Shown here piece by piece: positions 41,406-51,228 of a stretch of 64,000 bases of DNA. The number at the start of each line of letters is the position of its first letter. The stretch's first letter is position 1. A program made the position numbers and the translations under genes. The notes below the pieces were generated by a model. That model saw nothing but the letters and a program-made list of their open reading frames with translations, was not told the DNA's origin and made no database searches. The stretch covers positions 544,001-608,000 of the forward strand of contig CAVQXP010000004.1 of assembly GCA_963717935.1 (NCBI GenBank), read 5' to 3'. The DNA comes from Candidatus Eiseniibacteriota bacterium. GTDB taxonomy: Bacteria; Eisenbacteria; RBG-16-71-46.

Positions 41406-41723
41406 TCAGTGGCGCCGACGGCGCACGGCGGCGCCCAGCGCGATCAGTCCCATCGAAGCCAGCACCATCGTCCCGGGCTCGGGCACCGGGTTGGTCGGGC
41501 CGCCCGCGGGCCCGCCGCCCGGGTGCGGACGATTCGCGCCGCGCCCTGGGCTGAAGTTCACGGTTCCAGGGACGGGGGTCGCGCCCGCGATGGACCCTGG
41601 CATGACGGTCGGGTCCTCGATGGCCTTGGGGTGTGGCTGCGGGAGGTGACTGGGCTGTACGTAGGCCAACGCCGTGCTTGCCGCGAACGTCAGGGCCGCA
41701 AGTACCAGCGTAATATGCTTCAT
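41406..41723 (-). CDS. Small PEP-CTERM surface protein (105 aa)
   Basis: AAGGAGG SD; signal peptide MKHITLVLAALTFAASTALA; Pro/Gly/Thr-rich body; VPEPGT-TM-RRRRH. Confidence 0.92.
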   Translation of the reverse strand: MKHITLVLAALTFAASTALAYVQPSHLPQPHPKAIEDPTVMPGSIAGATPVPGTVNFSPGRGANRPHPGGGPAGGPTNPVPEPGTMVLASMGLIALGAAVRRRRH

Positions 41724-41776
41724 GGGGCTGCCTCCTTGCTGCAGGGCCAGAAAGAACGACTCACTACCCAGGTGAA

Positions 41777-41822
41777 CGCAAGCTCCATACCGCCCCGGGT
41801 AGATGGCCTTAACTATTTGTAA
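41777..41822 (-). promoter_or_regulatory. sigma54 (-24/-12) promoter with upstream IHF-like site
   Basis: cGGtatggagcTTGCg (GG-N10-GC) at 41777-41792; TTACAAATAGTTA at 41810-41822 resembles WATCAANNNNTTR. PEP-CTERM genes are commonly sigma54-linked. Confidence 0.6.
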
Positions 41823-41973
41823 TACAGTCGATTGCGTGGATTGGGTTGACCGCCCCGAACGCTTGGGTTGGGGGAATCGTCGCAACGACCGACGCTCTTG
41901 GGTCGCCCGACGCCCAGGGCGCCGGAGAGACCCGCCCGCCAGGACCACCGCCCGGCGGGGTCCGCGCCTTGGC

Positions 41974-43992
41974 TCAGGGCAACAGGACGAGCCGCGCCAT
42001 GCGCGTCAGGCCCGGCACGCTGAAGCGCGCGAAGTACAGACCCGCGGCGATCCCGTCGCCGCTCCCCCGCGGGCTCCAGCGCACTTCGTGGTGCCCCGCC
42101 TCGGTCTGGTCCGACACGACGCTCGCCACGCGCCGCCCCGAGAGGTCGAACACCTCCAGGCGGACTGGTGCCGCCATCGGCAGGTCATAGGCGAAGCGGA
42201 TCGCGTCGGTCGCGGGGTTCGGGCGCGGCGGGTAGAAGCGCAGCACGGTGGGCAGCCCGGGCGCCACGCCCGCGCCCACGGAGGTGACCCGCGCTCGCAG
42301 GGTCACGACCAGGTCGGGCTGGGGCTGGGCCCCGGGCAGCGCCTCGTCCGCGCTCGAGAAGGTGAGCGTGGCCTCGTAGGTCGAGTCGAACACGACCCCG
42401 GCCGTGTCGAGACGGATGGTATAGGAGGCCGGCGTCCCGCCGACCAGGGCGGGAGAGAAACCTCCCACGATCGAGAAGCGCCCGTCCCCGCCGGTGATGA
42501 CACCCGCGTTCAGGGCGAGTTGCGCCTGCAGGTCATCGTATCCCGGGTTGAAGACGTCGAGCGACGTGTCCTGGAAGGCCTCCGGCAGCCGCTCCCCGAA
42601 GTCGAGCGTGTCGGCCAGCACCGTGGCCAGCAGGTCGAGCGAAGCCGAGGCGTGGCGCAGGACCTTGCCCGAGAGCAACACGCTCTTCGACAGCGTGTCC
42701 GGGTCGTTCGTGGCGAGGGTGAGCGTGCCGCTCTTCACCCCGGCCGTGACGGTGCTCATGCCGATGGTCTGGCTGGTGGCCGTCGCACCCGCGGGTTGGG
42801 CGAAATCCCCCGGCGGTGCGGTGAAGTCGATGGGCGGGCTCAGGCTGTAGCGCAACGAGTCACCCGGCAGCGTGAGCGGGTTCGAGCCGGAGACCGTGTA
42901 GCCGACGGGCTGGGGCGCGATGTTCGAGATGGCGAGCGGCAGTTCGGCGGTCGCGCCGGTGATGACCGAGCCGAACACGAGCTGCGAGGCGGCCGAGATC
43001 TTGGCCGGCAGCCGGAGGACGGCGACCACCGGGATGTGGTCCGAAGCGTTCTTGAGCGCGGTCGCGATGGTGTAGCCCACGGCGTTGTTGAAGCCACCGC
43101 CGTTGATGTCCGTGTTGAAGTGCGCGCCGTCGTTGCCGTAGGTGTTGTAGGCCACGACCTCGAGTCCCTGTCCGTCCTGCGCGGAGTACGAGGAGAGCAG
43201 CAGGTCGAAGCGGTCGTCCATGCCGCCGCCGGAGAAGCTGATGCCCGGGATGCTGGGGCAGGTCGCGCACGCGCACTGCGTGTGCCAGAGCATGTAACCC
43301 GAGTTGTCGTGCCAGGAGCCCGGCATCAGCAGGTAGTCCTTGCAGCGCCCGTCGTTGTCGGTCTGCAGTTCGGTCAGCCGGATGTAGCCGCCCTCGTAGG
43401 CGCCGTAGAAGTTCGAATCGCCCCCGATGAGGAAGTTGGGGCCCGCCAGGGGTTGGTCCGTATTCAGGATGGTGGAGCGGATGTTCGTGCACTCGATGCG
43501 GCGGGCCGCCGAGTCCGCCACGCCCGCATTGAGGTGGATGGAGTAGAGGCGGAACCACCCCGGGTTGGTGCGATAGCCGACCGGCTTGACCAGGCACTGC
43601 AGGACCTTGCGGATGCCGCCGTCCGAGACGGCGCTGACGCTCACGATGCTCGCGGCCGCGGGTTTCCAGAACACCACCATGCCCTCGCCGGTGAGCACGT
43701 CCAGCCAGCTCGACCCCGTCCACTGCCCCGGCTGCACCACGTTGAGCACGTTGATGAGAAAGGAGTCGCGCGCCGCAGACGTGTCCAGCTCCTGGACGAT
43801 CAGGATGTCGGGGTCCATGGCCGCCATCACCGTGCGGAAGTCGGCCTGCCGCGGGGTGATGCCGATGGTCGAATTGTTGTAGCCGTACTGCAGCAGGTTC
43901 CAGGTCGCCACGCGCAGGGCGTGGGCCGGCGCGGCGACCGCGAGCAGCGCAGCCGCGCAGAGGAAGACGATTCGCCTCGGGCCGATTCTCAT
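41974..43992 (-). CDS. Secreted endonuclease/exonuclease/phosphatase (EEP) protein + Ig-like domains + FlgD/T9SS-like CTD (paralog B)
   Basis: ATWNLL, ILIVQE, IHLNAG, GDSN, DDRFD and ASDHIPV; tail PNP...VFDLSGRRV...AGLYFAR. Confidence 0.87.
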   Translation of the reverse strand: MRIGPRRIVFLCAAALLAVAAPAHALRVATWNLLQYGYNNSTIGITPRQADFRTVMAAMDPDILIVQELDTSAARDSFLINVLNVVQPGQWTGSSWLDVLTGEGMVVFWKPAAASIVSVSAVSDGGIRKVLQCLVKPVGYRTNPGWFRLYSIHLNAGVADSAARRIECTNIRSTILNTDQPLAGPNFLIGGDSNFYGAYEGGYIRLTELQTDNDGRCKDYLLMPGSWHDNSGYMLWHTQCACATCPSIPGISFSGGGMDDRFDLLLSSYSAQDGQGLEVVAYNTYGNDGAHFNTDINGGGFNNAVGYTIATALKNASDHIPVVAVLRLPAKISAASQLVFGSVITGATAELPLAISNIAPQPVGYTVSGSNPLTLPGDSLRYSLSPPIDFTAPPGDFAQPAGATATSQTIGMSTVTAGVKSGTLTLATNDPDTLSKSVLLSGKVLRHASASLDLLATVLADTLDFGERLPEAFQDTSLDVFNPGYDDLQAQLALNAGVITGGDGRFSIVGGFSPALVGGTPASYTIRLDTAGVVFDSTYEATLTFSSADEALPGAQPQPDLVVTLRARVTSVGAGVAPGLPTVLRFYPPRPNPATDAIRFAYDLPMAAPVRLEVFDLSGRRVASVVSDQTEAGHHEVRWSPRGSGDGIAAGLYFARFSVPGLTRMARLVLLP

Positions 43993-44001
43993 GTCACCTC
44001 T

Positions 44002-45978
44002 CTAGCGGACGATCGCGAGACGCACGGTCTGGGGTGGAAGTCCCTGCGCCGTCAGGCGCACGAAGTAGAGTCCCGAGCCCAGGGCGCCGGCGGTCTCGCC
44101 GCGGCCATCCCAGCGCAGGTTGTAGCGCCCGGGCGTGAACTCCCGGTCGGCGAGCAGCGCCACGCGGCGGCCCGAGAGGTCGAAGACCTCGAGACGCGCG
44201 CTGGTCATGCGCGCCAGGTCGAAGCGCAGCGTGCTGCCGGAGGTCAGCGGGTTCGGCATCGGCGTGTAGAGCCGCGTGGAGGTCGGGAGCGCCGGCTCGA
44301 CCGCCAGGGCGGAGTCGGCCGCGACGTGCGCGGCCAGCAGGTAGTGCACGTCGGGTTGCGCGGTGGCGCCGGGCAGCGGCTCGTCCGCGCTCGTGAAGGT
44401 GAGCGTGGCCTCGTAGGTCTGGCTCGCGGAGGCGCCCGTGGCGTCGAACTGCACGCCCCACCGCGCGGCCGTGCCCGCGACCAGCACCGGGCTGAAGCCG
44501 ATGATCGAGAAACGGCCGTCGCCGCCGGTGATCTGGGCGGCGCTCACCGAGAGCCGGGCGCGCAACGCCTCGTAGCCGCGGTCATGCACCGCGGCGAGCA
44601 AGGGGGTGAAGTCGCCGTCGGCGTGCTCGCCGAAGTCGAGCGTGTCCGCGACGACCGCCGCGAGCGAGTCGAGCGAGGCCTGCGCGTGATCGAGCACGGC
44701 GCCCGAGAGGCCGACCAGGGTGGTCGGGTCGTCCGGGGCGTCGGAGGAGATCGTGAGATTCCCGGACTTCAGGCCCACGCTGGCCGCGCTCATCGCGACC
44801 GGCGTCACGATCGATCCGCCCGCGGCCACGGCGAGCGGGCCCGGGGCGTCGAAGTCGGCCGGCGCGGCGAAGGTGCAGTTGAGCGAGTCGGCCGGCGCGA
44901 CGGCCGGGTTCGACACGGTCAGGTCCCGGCTCTGCGCCGGGGCGCCGACGATGACGCTGCCGAAGGCGAGGGCGTCGTCGGTGGTGAGCTTCGCCGGGAG
45001 CTGGATGTCCACGCGGACCGGGAGGTGGTCGCTGGCGTACCACAGCGCCCGGGCGTAGGCGGTGTCCGCCGGAAGGATCGGGGGGTCGGTGATGCTCAGG
45101 TTCAGGTGCTGGCCATCGTTGCCGACCGACTTGTAGGTCGAGGCCAGCAGCTCGAGCCCGGTCTGATCCTTCAGGTTGTAGGTCGGCAGGAACAGGTCGA
45201 ACCGGTCGTCCAGGCCGCCGCCGGAGTAGGACCCGCTGGGCCGGTACACCGTGGTCGAGGGGCACTGCGTGTGGATGCTGGCGAAGGCGGCGTTGTCCTG
45301 CCAGGTGCCGACCGCATTGAGCGGGTCATAGACGCGGCCGTCATTGTCGGCCTGGGACTCGAGGAACTTCTGGAAGCCCGATTCCGTGCTCGTGTAGATG
45401 TTGAAATCGCCGGTGATGATGCAGTGCGTCCCCGGCGGAACGTTGTTCATGGTGTCACGCAGGCCCGTCGCCTCGCGCAGGCGCTGGGCCGCGTCGGAGG
45501 TGCCGGCCTTGAGGTGCACGGAGTAGATCCTGAGTTCGGCGGCATCGGCGGAGTAGCCCACCGGCTTCAGCCGGTATTCGTTCACGTAGCGCGTCATGTC
45601 CGCCGAGACGAAGAAGGCCCGCTGGCCGAGGAACGCCACCTTCGCCGGCTTGTAGACGAGCATGTTGTTCGATTCCGGGCCGGCCGTGTACGGGGCCGAA
45701 CTCCACTGGCCCGGCTCCAGGACGTTCAGCACGTTCAAGCGGAAGGAGTCTATCCCCGCCGAGCTGTAGAGCTCTTGCGCGACGACGACATCGGCCCCGA
45801 GGGGCGACATCACGGTCCGGAAGTACGGGTTCCGGCCCGACACGTTCACGTTGGGGTAGTACATGAGGTTGTAGTTCACCACCCGCAGCGCATGGGCCGG
45901 AGGGACGAGCAGCAGCGCTAGGAATGCCACCGCGGAGTAGGTGCGCCAGCCGAGCGCGGGCCGGATCTGGGGGGCCAT
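44002..45978 (-). CDS. Secreted EEP protein + Ig-like domains + FlgD/T9SS-like CTD (paralog A)
   Basis: VNYNLM, VVAQE, VHLKAG, GDFNIY, DDRFD and ASDHLPV; tail PNP...VFDLSGRRV...WDGR...SGLYFVR. Confidence 0.87.
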   Translation of the reverse strand: MAPQIRPALGWRTYSAVAFLALLLVPPAHALRVVNYNLMYYPNVNVSGRNPYFRTVMSPLGADVVVAQELYSSAGIDSFRLNVLNVLEPGQWSSAPYTAGPESNNMLVYKPAKVAFLGQRAFFVSADMTRYVNEYRLKPVGYSADAAELRIYSVHLKAGTSDAAQRLREATGLRDTMNNVPPGTHCIITGDFNIYTSTESGFQKFLESQADNDGRVYDPLNAVGTWQDNAAFASIHTQCPSTTVYRPSGSYSGGGLDDRFDLFLPTYNLKDQTGLELLASTYKSVGNDGQHLNLSITDPPILPADTAYARALWYASDHLPVRVDIQLPAKLTTDDALAFGSVIVGAPAQSRDLTVSNPAVAPADSLNCTFAAPADFDAPGPLAVAAGGSIVTPVAMSAASVGLKSGNLTISSDAPDDPTTLVGLSGAVLDHAQASLDSLAAVVADTLDFGEHADGDFTPLLAAVHDRGYEALRARLSVSAAQITGGDGRFSIIGFSPVLVAGTAARWGVQFDATGASASQTYEATLTFTSADEPLPGATAQPDVHYLLAAHVAADSALAVEPALPTSTRLYTPMPNPLTSGSTLRFDLARMTSARLEVFDLSGRRVALLADREFTPGRYNLRWDGRGETAGALGSGLYFVRLTAQGLPPQTVRLAIVR

Positions 45979-46283
45979 GGAGACTCCTGAGTTGGGCTGT
46001 GGTGGCCCGGCTGCGCGTGGTCAGGGGCGGACCCGCCGCCGTCGGGGGCGACTATGGAGTCGTGGATTGTCACCAATAGTGTAGTTCGTCCCTCCGTCTT
46101 CCCGCCAGTGCGATCCCGCGCAGAGCGCCGCTCGCGCGGTGCTGGCCGCGTTGCGGAATGCCCGATGGGAGTATCGGAAGAGGCCGCTTCCGGTTGGATG
46201 CCTCCCCGGCCGCCGGGGTTCACTTTCCGGCGAGGAAGGCGCGTCGTCCGCGGGGGGCGAGCGGCGCCCGCCCCGCCCGCGGC

Positions 46284-46562
46284 TCAGGTCTCCGGGGTCT
46301 CGCGCACCAGCGCCCGCGCCGCCGCCTTGCTCAACGAGCCCCGGGGCAACTCGAGGATCTCGAGCGTACGGGAGCGGCGGCCGTCTTCCGGGGCGTCACG
46401 GGTGCTCCCCCGGGCGAGTGTCACGCGGTCGCCAGCGCGGGCCTCGCGGCTCGGCTTGGCCGGCGCGCCGTTGAGCCGTACGAGGCCCTGCTGGATGGCC
46501 TCGCCGGCCTGGGACCGGCTCTTGAAGAGCCGCAATTCGAAGAGCAGCACGTCGAGGCGCAT
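46284..46562 (-). CDS. S4-domain RNA-binding protein (Hsp15/RqcP-like)
   Basis: MRLDVLL...LFKSRSQA....G.VRLNG..AKPS...GD. Confidence 0.87.
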   Translation of the reverse strand: MRLDVLLFELRLFKSRSQAGEAIQQGLVRLNGAPAKPSREARAGDRVTLARGSTRDAPEDGRRSRTLEILELPRGSLSKAAARALVRETPET

Positions 46563-46591
46563 GGCGTCATCCGCGGGCGTGCCCGTTCAGA

Positions 46592-47734
46592 TCAGGGCAG
46601 GAAGTAGAACGCGATACCGAGAACCAGGTAGACGGCGACCAGCAGCACGCCCTCGAGCCAGTTGGATTCGCCATCCTGCGCCACCAGATGGACCGCCGCC
46701 ACGGAGATGGCGACCGACACCACCTCGAACGGCGTGAAGCGCAGGTCCATCGGACCGCGCTTCATGAAGTACGAGAGGAAGACCAGCAGCGGCGCGACGA
46801 ACAGCGCGATCTGGATGCTCGAACCGATGGCGATGTTGAGGGCGAGGTCCATCTGGTTGCGCGCGGCCATCAACACCGCGGTCGAGTGCTCGGCGGCATT
46901 GCCGATCGTGGCGACCACGATGACGCCCACGAACACGGGCGTGAGCCCGAGCGCGTGCGAAGCCTCGTCCACCGCCCCGACGAGCAGCTCGCTCATCCAC
47001 GCCACGAGCAGCGTGGCGCCGAGCAGCATCAGCGCGGGTCGCCAGGTGGGGGCGCGCGTCCGCCCGGCGGCGCCGCCGGGTTCCGCGGTCACCTGCACGC
47101 CGGCGTAGAGATGGCGGTGGGTGCCAAGGCTGAAGACGAGGCTCAGCAGGTAGGCGATGAACAGGACCACCGCGATCTCGAGCGAGAGGTCCCGCTCGCG
47201 CAGCGCCTCCTGTGCCGCCGTGAGCGCCGCCCGCGCGACCGCGTTCGAGGCCACCACGTTGAAGAGCGCGGGCACGACCAGGCCGATGGCGGCGAGGGCC
47301 AGCAGGGTCGAGCCCATCGAGGCGGCCGCGCGGTCGAAGGTCTGGCGCTCGCGGCGCAGGCCGCCGGCGAAGAGGGCGACCCCCAGCACGAGCAGGCTGT
47401 TGCCGAGGATCGAGCCGGTGAGGCTCGCCTTCACGATGTCGTCGAGCCCGCGCCGCAGCGCGGCCAGCGCGATGACCAGTTCGGCCGCGTTGCCGAAGGT
47501 GGCGTTCAGCAGGCCGCCCACGCCGGCGCCGAAGCGGCGCGCGAGGGTCTCGGTGGCCTCGCCCATCGCGCCGGCCAGCGGCACGATGGCGAGAGCGGCG
47601 CAGGCGAAGACGGCGACGCCGCTCCAGTGGAGCTGGTGCGCGATCGCCGCGAGCGGCACGAAGAGCAGCAGCCATCGGAGGAGGTGTGTGGGGGCCGCGA
47701 ACGGGCGGGGCGAGGACGTGCGCGCGGAGGTCAT
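46592..47734 (-). CDS. cax: Ca2+/H+ antiporter (CaCA family)
   Basis: Two GNAAE alpha-repeats, [12 protein letters not shown] and DGESNWLEG. Confidence 0.95.
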   Translation of the reverse strand: MTSARTSSPRPFAAPTHLLRWLLLFVPLAAIAHQLHWSGVAVFACAALAIVPLAGAMGEATETLARRFGAGVGGLLNATFGNAAELVIALAALRRGLDDIVKASLTGSILGNSLLVLGVALFAGGLRRERQTFDRAAASMGSTLLALAAIGLVVPALFNVVASNAVARAALTAAQEALRERDLSLEIAVVLFIAYLLSLVFSLGTHRHLYAGVQVTAEPGGAAGRTRAPTWRPALMLLGATLLVAWMSELLVGAVDEASHALGLTPVFVGVIVVATIGNAAEHSTAVLMAARNQMDLALNIAIGSSIQIALFVAPLLVFLSYFMKRGPMDLRFTPFEVVSVAISVAAVHLVAQDGESNWLEGVLLVAVYLVLGIAFYFLP

Positions 47735-47792
47735 CGCGCGGGACTGTGCCCCAGCGGCCGGCCGGGCTCAAGTCCGATCGGGAGGTGGGCGT

Positions 47793-47937
47793 GGGGTCGG
47801 GGTCCGGGGCCATGCAGCGAACGTCGCAGGGTCGTCTTTCGGCCACGATGGCCGAAAGACGACATTGCGGAGGCGTCAAGCGGCGCCAGGAAGGCGCCGC
47901 AAGCCGTGTTCGCTGCATGGCCCCGGACCCCGACCCC
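47793..47937. repeat. 145-bp T-shaped inverted-repeat element (30-bp perfect terminal IR enclosing two hairpins)
   Basis: GGGGTCGGGGTCCGGGGCCATGCAGCGAAC (47793-47822) pairs exactly with 47908-47937; internal hairpins at 47831-47863 (15 bp) and 47880-47900 (8 bp). Confidence 0.9.
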
Positions 47938-48030
47938 GGACCGTGACTCCGGACGAGTGCGCCGCCAACGCGACGGGCGGGGTCTCTCGACCCCGCCCGT
48001 GCGCTGGATCCCTCTATCGCGAGCGAAGGA

Positions 48031-51000
48031 TCACGAACAGCCCAGGGATGTCCCGCAGTTGAGGCACTTGTAGCAGGTGCCGTTGCGGATGGTGATGTGT
48101 CCGCAGTTGTCGCACAGTGGCGCGTCGCCCGGGAACTTACCGAGCTGGGCATCCGGACCGCTCTCGACGCCATGCGCCTCCATGCGCGCCCGGACCGCGG
48201 ACGGTGCCGCGGACGGTGCCGCAGCGTGCGTCCCGCCGCCGCCGTTCTCGGCCGTGCGGTGCTCGCGTCCCACGGGATGACCGATGGCGTGGACCTTCGG
48301 CTGGCCCACCAGGCTCTCGTCCACGATGTGCGCGAGATCGGTGCGGCCGAGGTACTCGATGCCGAGCACGCGGAACACGTAGTCCACGACGCTGGTGCAG
48401 GCGCGGAGGTTGTCGTGCCCGTCCACGCGGCCGTGCGGCTCGAAGCGCGTGAAACAGAACTGGTCCACCAGGTCGTCGAGCGGCACGCCGTACTGGAGCC
48501 CCATCGACACGGAGATGGCGAAGCAGTTCATCATGCTGCGGAACGCGGCGCCCTCCTTGTGCATGTCGATGAAGATCTCGCCGACCGTGCCGTCCTCGTA
48601 CTCGCCGGTGCGCAGGAAGACCTTGTGCCCGCCGATGCGCGCCTCCTGCGTGAAGCCGTGGCGCCGTTTCGGCAGGCGGCGCCGGCGCAGCCTGGGCGGC
48701 GAGTTCTTCTCGGGCTCCTCGGCCCTGCGGGTCGTTGCCAGCGGCTGGCTCATCTTGGAGCCGTCGCGGTACAGCGCGACCGCCTTGAGGCCCAACTTCC
48801 AGGACTCGAAGTAGATCTTCTCGACGCCCTCGACGGTGGCCTCCTGCGGCAGGTTCACGGTCTTGCTGATGGCGCCCGAGATGAACGGCTGCACCGCCGC
48901 CATCATGCGGACGTGTCCCATGGGCTCGATGAAGCGCGACCCGTGCGGACCACAGCGGTTGGCGCAATCGAAGACCGGCAGGTGCTCGGACCGCAGGCCC
49001 GGCGCGCCCTCGACCGTGAGGTTGCCGCACACCACGGCGTTGGCCTCCTCGATCTGCGCGTCGGTGAAGCCGAGGTAGGGCAGCAGGCAGAAGCCCGGCT
49101 TCTCGCGCTCGGCGACGCTGACCCCGAGACGGGTGAGCGCGTCGTCGCCGATCATGCCGCGCGAGAAGGCGAAGCGCAGGTGGAGCGTCCCCGGCAGCGC
49201 CTCGTCGATGCGGCGGACCTCGGATTCGCGCAGGCCCTTGTGGAGCAGCACGTCGGGGTGCACGTGCGGCGCGCCCTCGAGCGTGCCGGTCCCGATCGCC
49301 CAGCGGCCGATGCGCTCGATCTCGACCTGCCCGTAACCCAGGCGGCGCAGCGCCGCGGGCACGGACTGGTTCACGATCTTGAAATGGCCGCCGCCCGCCA
49401 GCTTCTTGAACTTGACCAGCGCGAAGTCGGGCTCGACGCCGGTCGTGTCACAGTCCATCAGGAGTCCGATGGTGCCGGTGGGGGCGAGCACCGTGGCCTG
49501 GGCGTTGCGGAAGCCGTGGATGGTGCCGAGCGCGATGGCGCGGTTCCAGCACTCGACCGCGGCCTGGCGCAGGTCGCGGGGCGCGACGCGCGGGTCGATG
49601 GACTGCGCCGCCTCGCGGTGCAGGCGCATGACCTCGAGCATGCTGTCGCGGTTCTCGCCGTAGCGAGCGAACGGTCCGCGGCTGGCGGCGATCTCGGCCG
49701 ACAGCGCGTAGGCCTCGCCGGTCATGGTGGCCGTGACGCAGGCCGCGTAGGCGCGGGCGTCCTCGCTGTCGTAGGGCAGCCCCTGCACCATGAGCGCCGT
49801 GCCGAGGTTGGCGTAGCCCAGCCCCAGCGGGCGGAATTCGTGCGAGCGGCGCGTGATCTTCTCGGTCGGATACGACGCGAAGTCCACCGCGATCTCCTGC
49901 GCCAGGAAGAACAGGCGGCAGGCGTGGCGGTAGCCCTCCACGTCGAAGCTGCCGTCGGTGTGCAGGAACTTCATCAGGTTCACCGACGCCAGGTTGCAGG
50001 AGGTATCGTCCAGGAACACGTACTCGCTACAGGGGTTCGTGGCGTGGATGCGGTCGGTCGTCTTGCAGGTGTGCCACTTCTGGATGGTGTCGTCGAACTG
50101 CACGCCCGGGTCGGCGCACTGCCACGCGGCGCCGGCGATCTCGCGCCACATCTCGCGGGCGCGCAGCGTCTCGTAGACCTCGCCGGTGGTGCGGAACGTG
50201 GTCTGCCAGGGCAGATCGTCCGCCACCGCGTGCATGAAACGGTCGGGCAGGCGCACCGAGTTGTTGGAGTTCTGTCCGGAGACCGTGCCGTAGGCTTCGG
50301 CGTTGAAGTCCGACGAGTAGCCGGCCGCCACCAGGGCCGCGACCTTCTTCTCTTCGCGCATCTTCCAGCGGATGAAGTCGAGGATCTCGGGGTGATCGGC
50401 ATCGAGCACGACCATCTTGGCCGCGCGGCGCGTGGTGCCGCCGGACTTGGTGGCGCCCGCGCCCTTGTCGAGCACCTCGAGGAAGGACATCAGACCCGAG
50501 GAGGTGCCGCCGCCCGAGAGCCGCTCCATGCGCCCGCGCAGCCGGGAGAAGTTCGTGCCCGTGCCGGAGCCGTACTTGAAGACGCGCGCCTCGTTGCGGG
50601 CGAGCTCGAAGATGCTCATCAGGTCGTCGTCCACCGACTGGATGAAGCAGGCGGACACCTGCGGGTGCGAATAGGAATCGGTGGTGGTCAGGACCGCATC
50701 GGCATCGGCGTCCCAGTGGTGGTTGCCGCCCGAGCCGCTGATGCCGTACTCGTGCCACAGGCCGCAGTTGAACCACACCGGCGAGTTGAAGGCGCCGATC
50801 TGGTGCACCAGCATCCAGGCGAGCTCGGCCTCGAAGGCGTCGGCGTCATCCGGGCTCGCGAAGTAGCCACCCTGCTGCTCGCCGCTCGCGCGGAGCGTGT
50901 GCGCGATGCGATGCACGACCTGCCGCACGCTGGTCTCGTGCCCGGGTTTGCCGGGGAGCCCCGCCTTGCGGAAATACTTGCTCACCACGATGTCGGTGGC

Positions 51001-51228
51001 GAGCTGCGACCACGCGGACGGCACCTCGATATCGTCCATCTGGAAGACGACCGAGCCGTCGGGGTTCGCGATGACGGTGCGCCGTCTTTCCCACGCGATC
51101 TCGTCGAGCGGATTCACGCCCGGTCGCGTGAAACGGCGCGGCACGTGGAGTCCGGCGTGGGTGGGTGGAGCGAGCGCGGTGGTGGCGAGCGACGCGGAGC
51201 CCGCGCGGCCGGTGAGCGTCTGGGTCAT
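48031..51228 (-). CDS. nrdJ: Adenosylcobalamin-dependent (class II) ribonucleotide reductase
   Basis: FNSPVWFN, SACFI, TNPCSEY, CNLASVNL, RPLGLG and APTGTI; C-terminal TSCPD-type domain and CDNC...CLNCG..GCS. Confidence 0.96.
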   Translation of the reverse strand: MTQTLTGRAGSASLATTALAPPTHAGLHVPRRFTRPGVNPLDEIAWERRRTVIANPDGSVVFQMDDIEVPSAWSQLATDIVVSKYFRKAGLPGKPGHETSVRQVVHRIAHTLRASGEQQGGYFASPDDADAFEAELAWMLVHQIGAFNSPVWFNCGLWHEYGISGSGGNHHWDADADAVLTTTDSYSHPQVSACFIQSVDDDLMSIFELARNEARVFKYGSGTGTNFSRLRGRMERLSGGGTSSGLMSFLEVLDKGAGATKSGGTTRRAAKMVVLDADHPEILDFIRWKMREEKKVAALVAAGYSSDFNAEAYGTVSGQNSNNSVRLPDRFMHAVADDLPWQTTFRTTGEVYETLRAREMWREIAGAAWQCADPGVQFDDTIQKWHTCKTTDRIHATNPCSEYVFLDDTSCNLASVNLMKFLHTDGSFDVEGYRHACRLFFLAQEIAVDFASYPTEKITRRSHEFRPLGLGYANLGTALMVQGLPYDSEDARAYAACVTATMTGEAYALSAEIAASRGPFARYGENRDSMLEVMRLHREAAQSIDPRVAPRDLRQAAVECWNRAIALGTIHGFRNAQATVLAPTGTIGLLMDCDTTGVEPDFALVKFKKLAGGGHFKIVNQSVPAALRRLGYGQVEIERIGRWAIGTGTLEGAPHVHPDVLLHKGLRESEVRRIDEALPGTLHLRFAFSRGMIGDDALTRLGVSVAEREKPGFCLLPYLGFTDAQIEEANAVVCGNLTVEGAPGLRSEHLPVFDCANRCGPHGSRFIEPMGHVRMMAAVQPFISGAISKTVNLPQEATVEGVEKIYFESWKLGLKAVALYRDGSKMSQPLATTRRAEEPEKNSPPRLRRRRLPKRRHGFTQEARIGGHKVFLRTGEYEDGTVGEIFIDMHKEGAAFRSMMNCFAISVSMGLQYGVPLDDLVDQFCFTRFEPHGRVDGHDNLRACTSVVDYVFRVLGIEYLGRTDLAHIVDESLVGQPKVHAIGHPVGREHRTAENGGGGTHAAAPSAAPSAVRARMEAHGVESGPDAQLGKFPGDAPLCDNCGHITIRNGTCYKCLNCGTSLGCS

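Noticed and set aside
47880..47905. SRP RNA (CAGGAAG-containing hairpin)
   Set aside because: Lacks the helix-8 CAGG...GNRA...AGCA internal loop; the perfect stems are unlike SRP RNA.
48196..48222. 12-bp tandem repeat CCGCGGACGGTG
   Set aside because: Only about two copies, encoding an AAPS linker inside nrdJ; not CRISPR-like.
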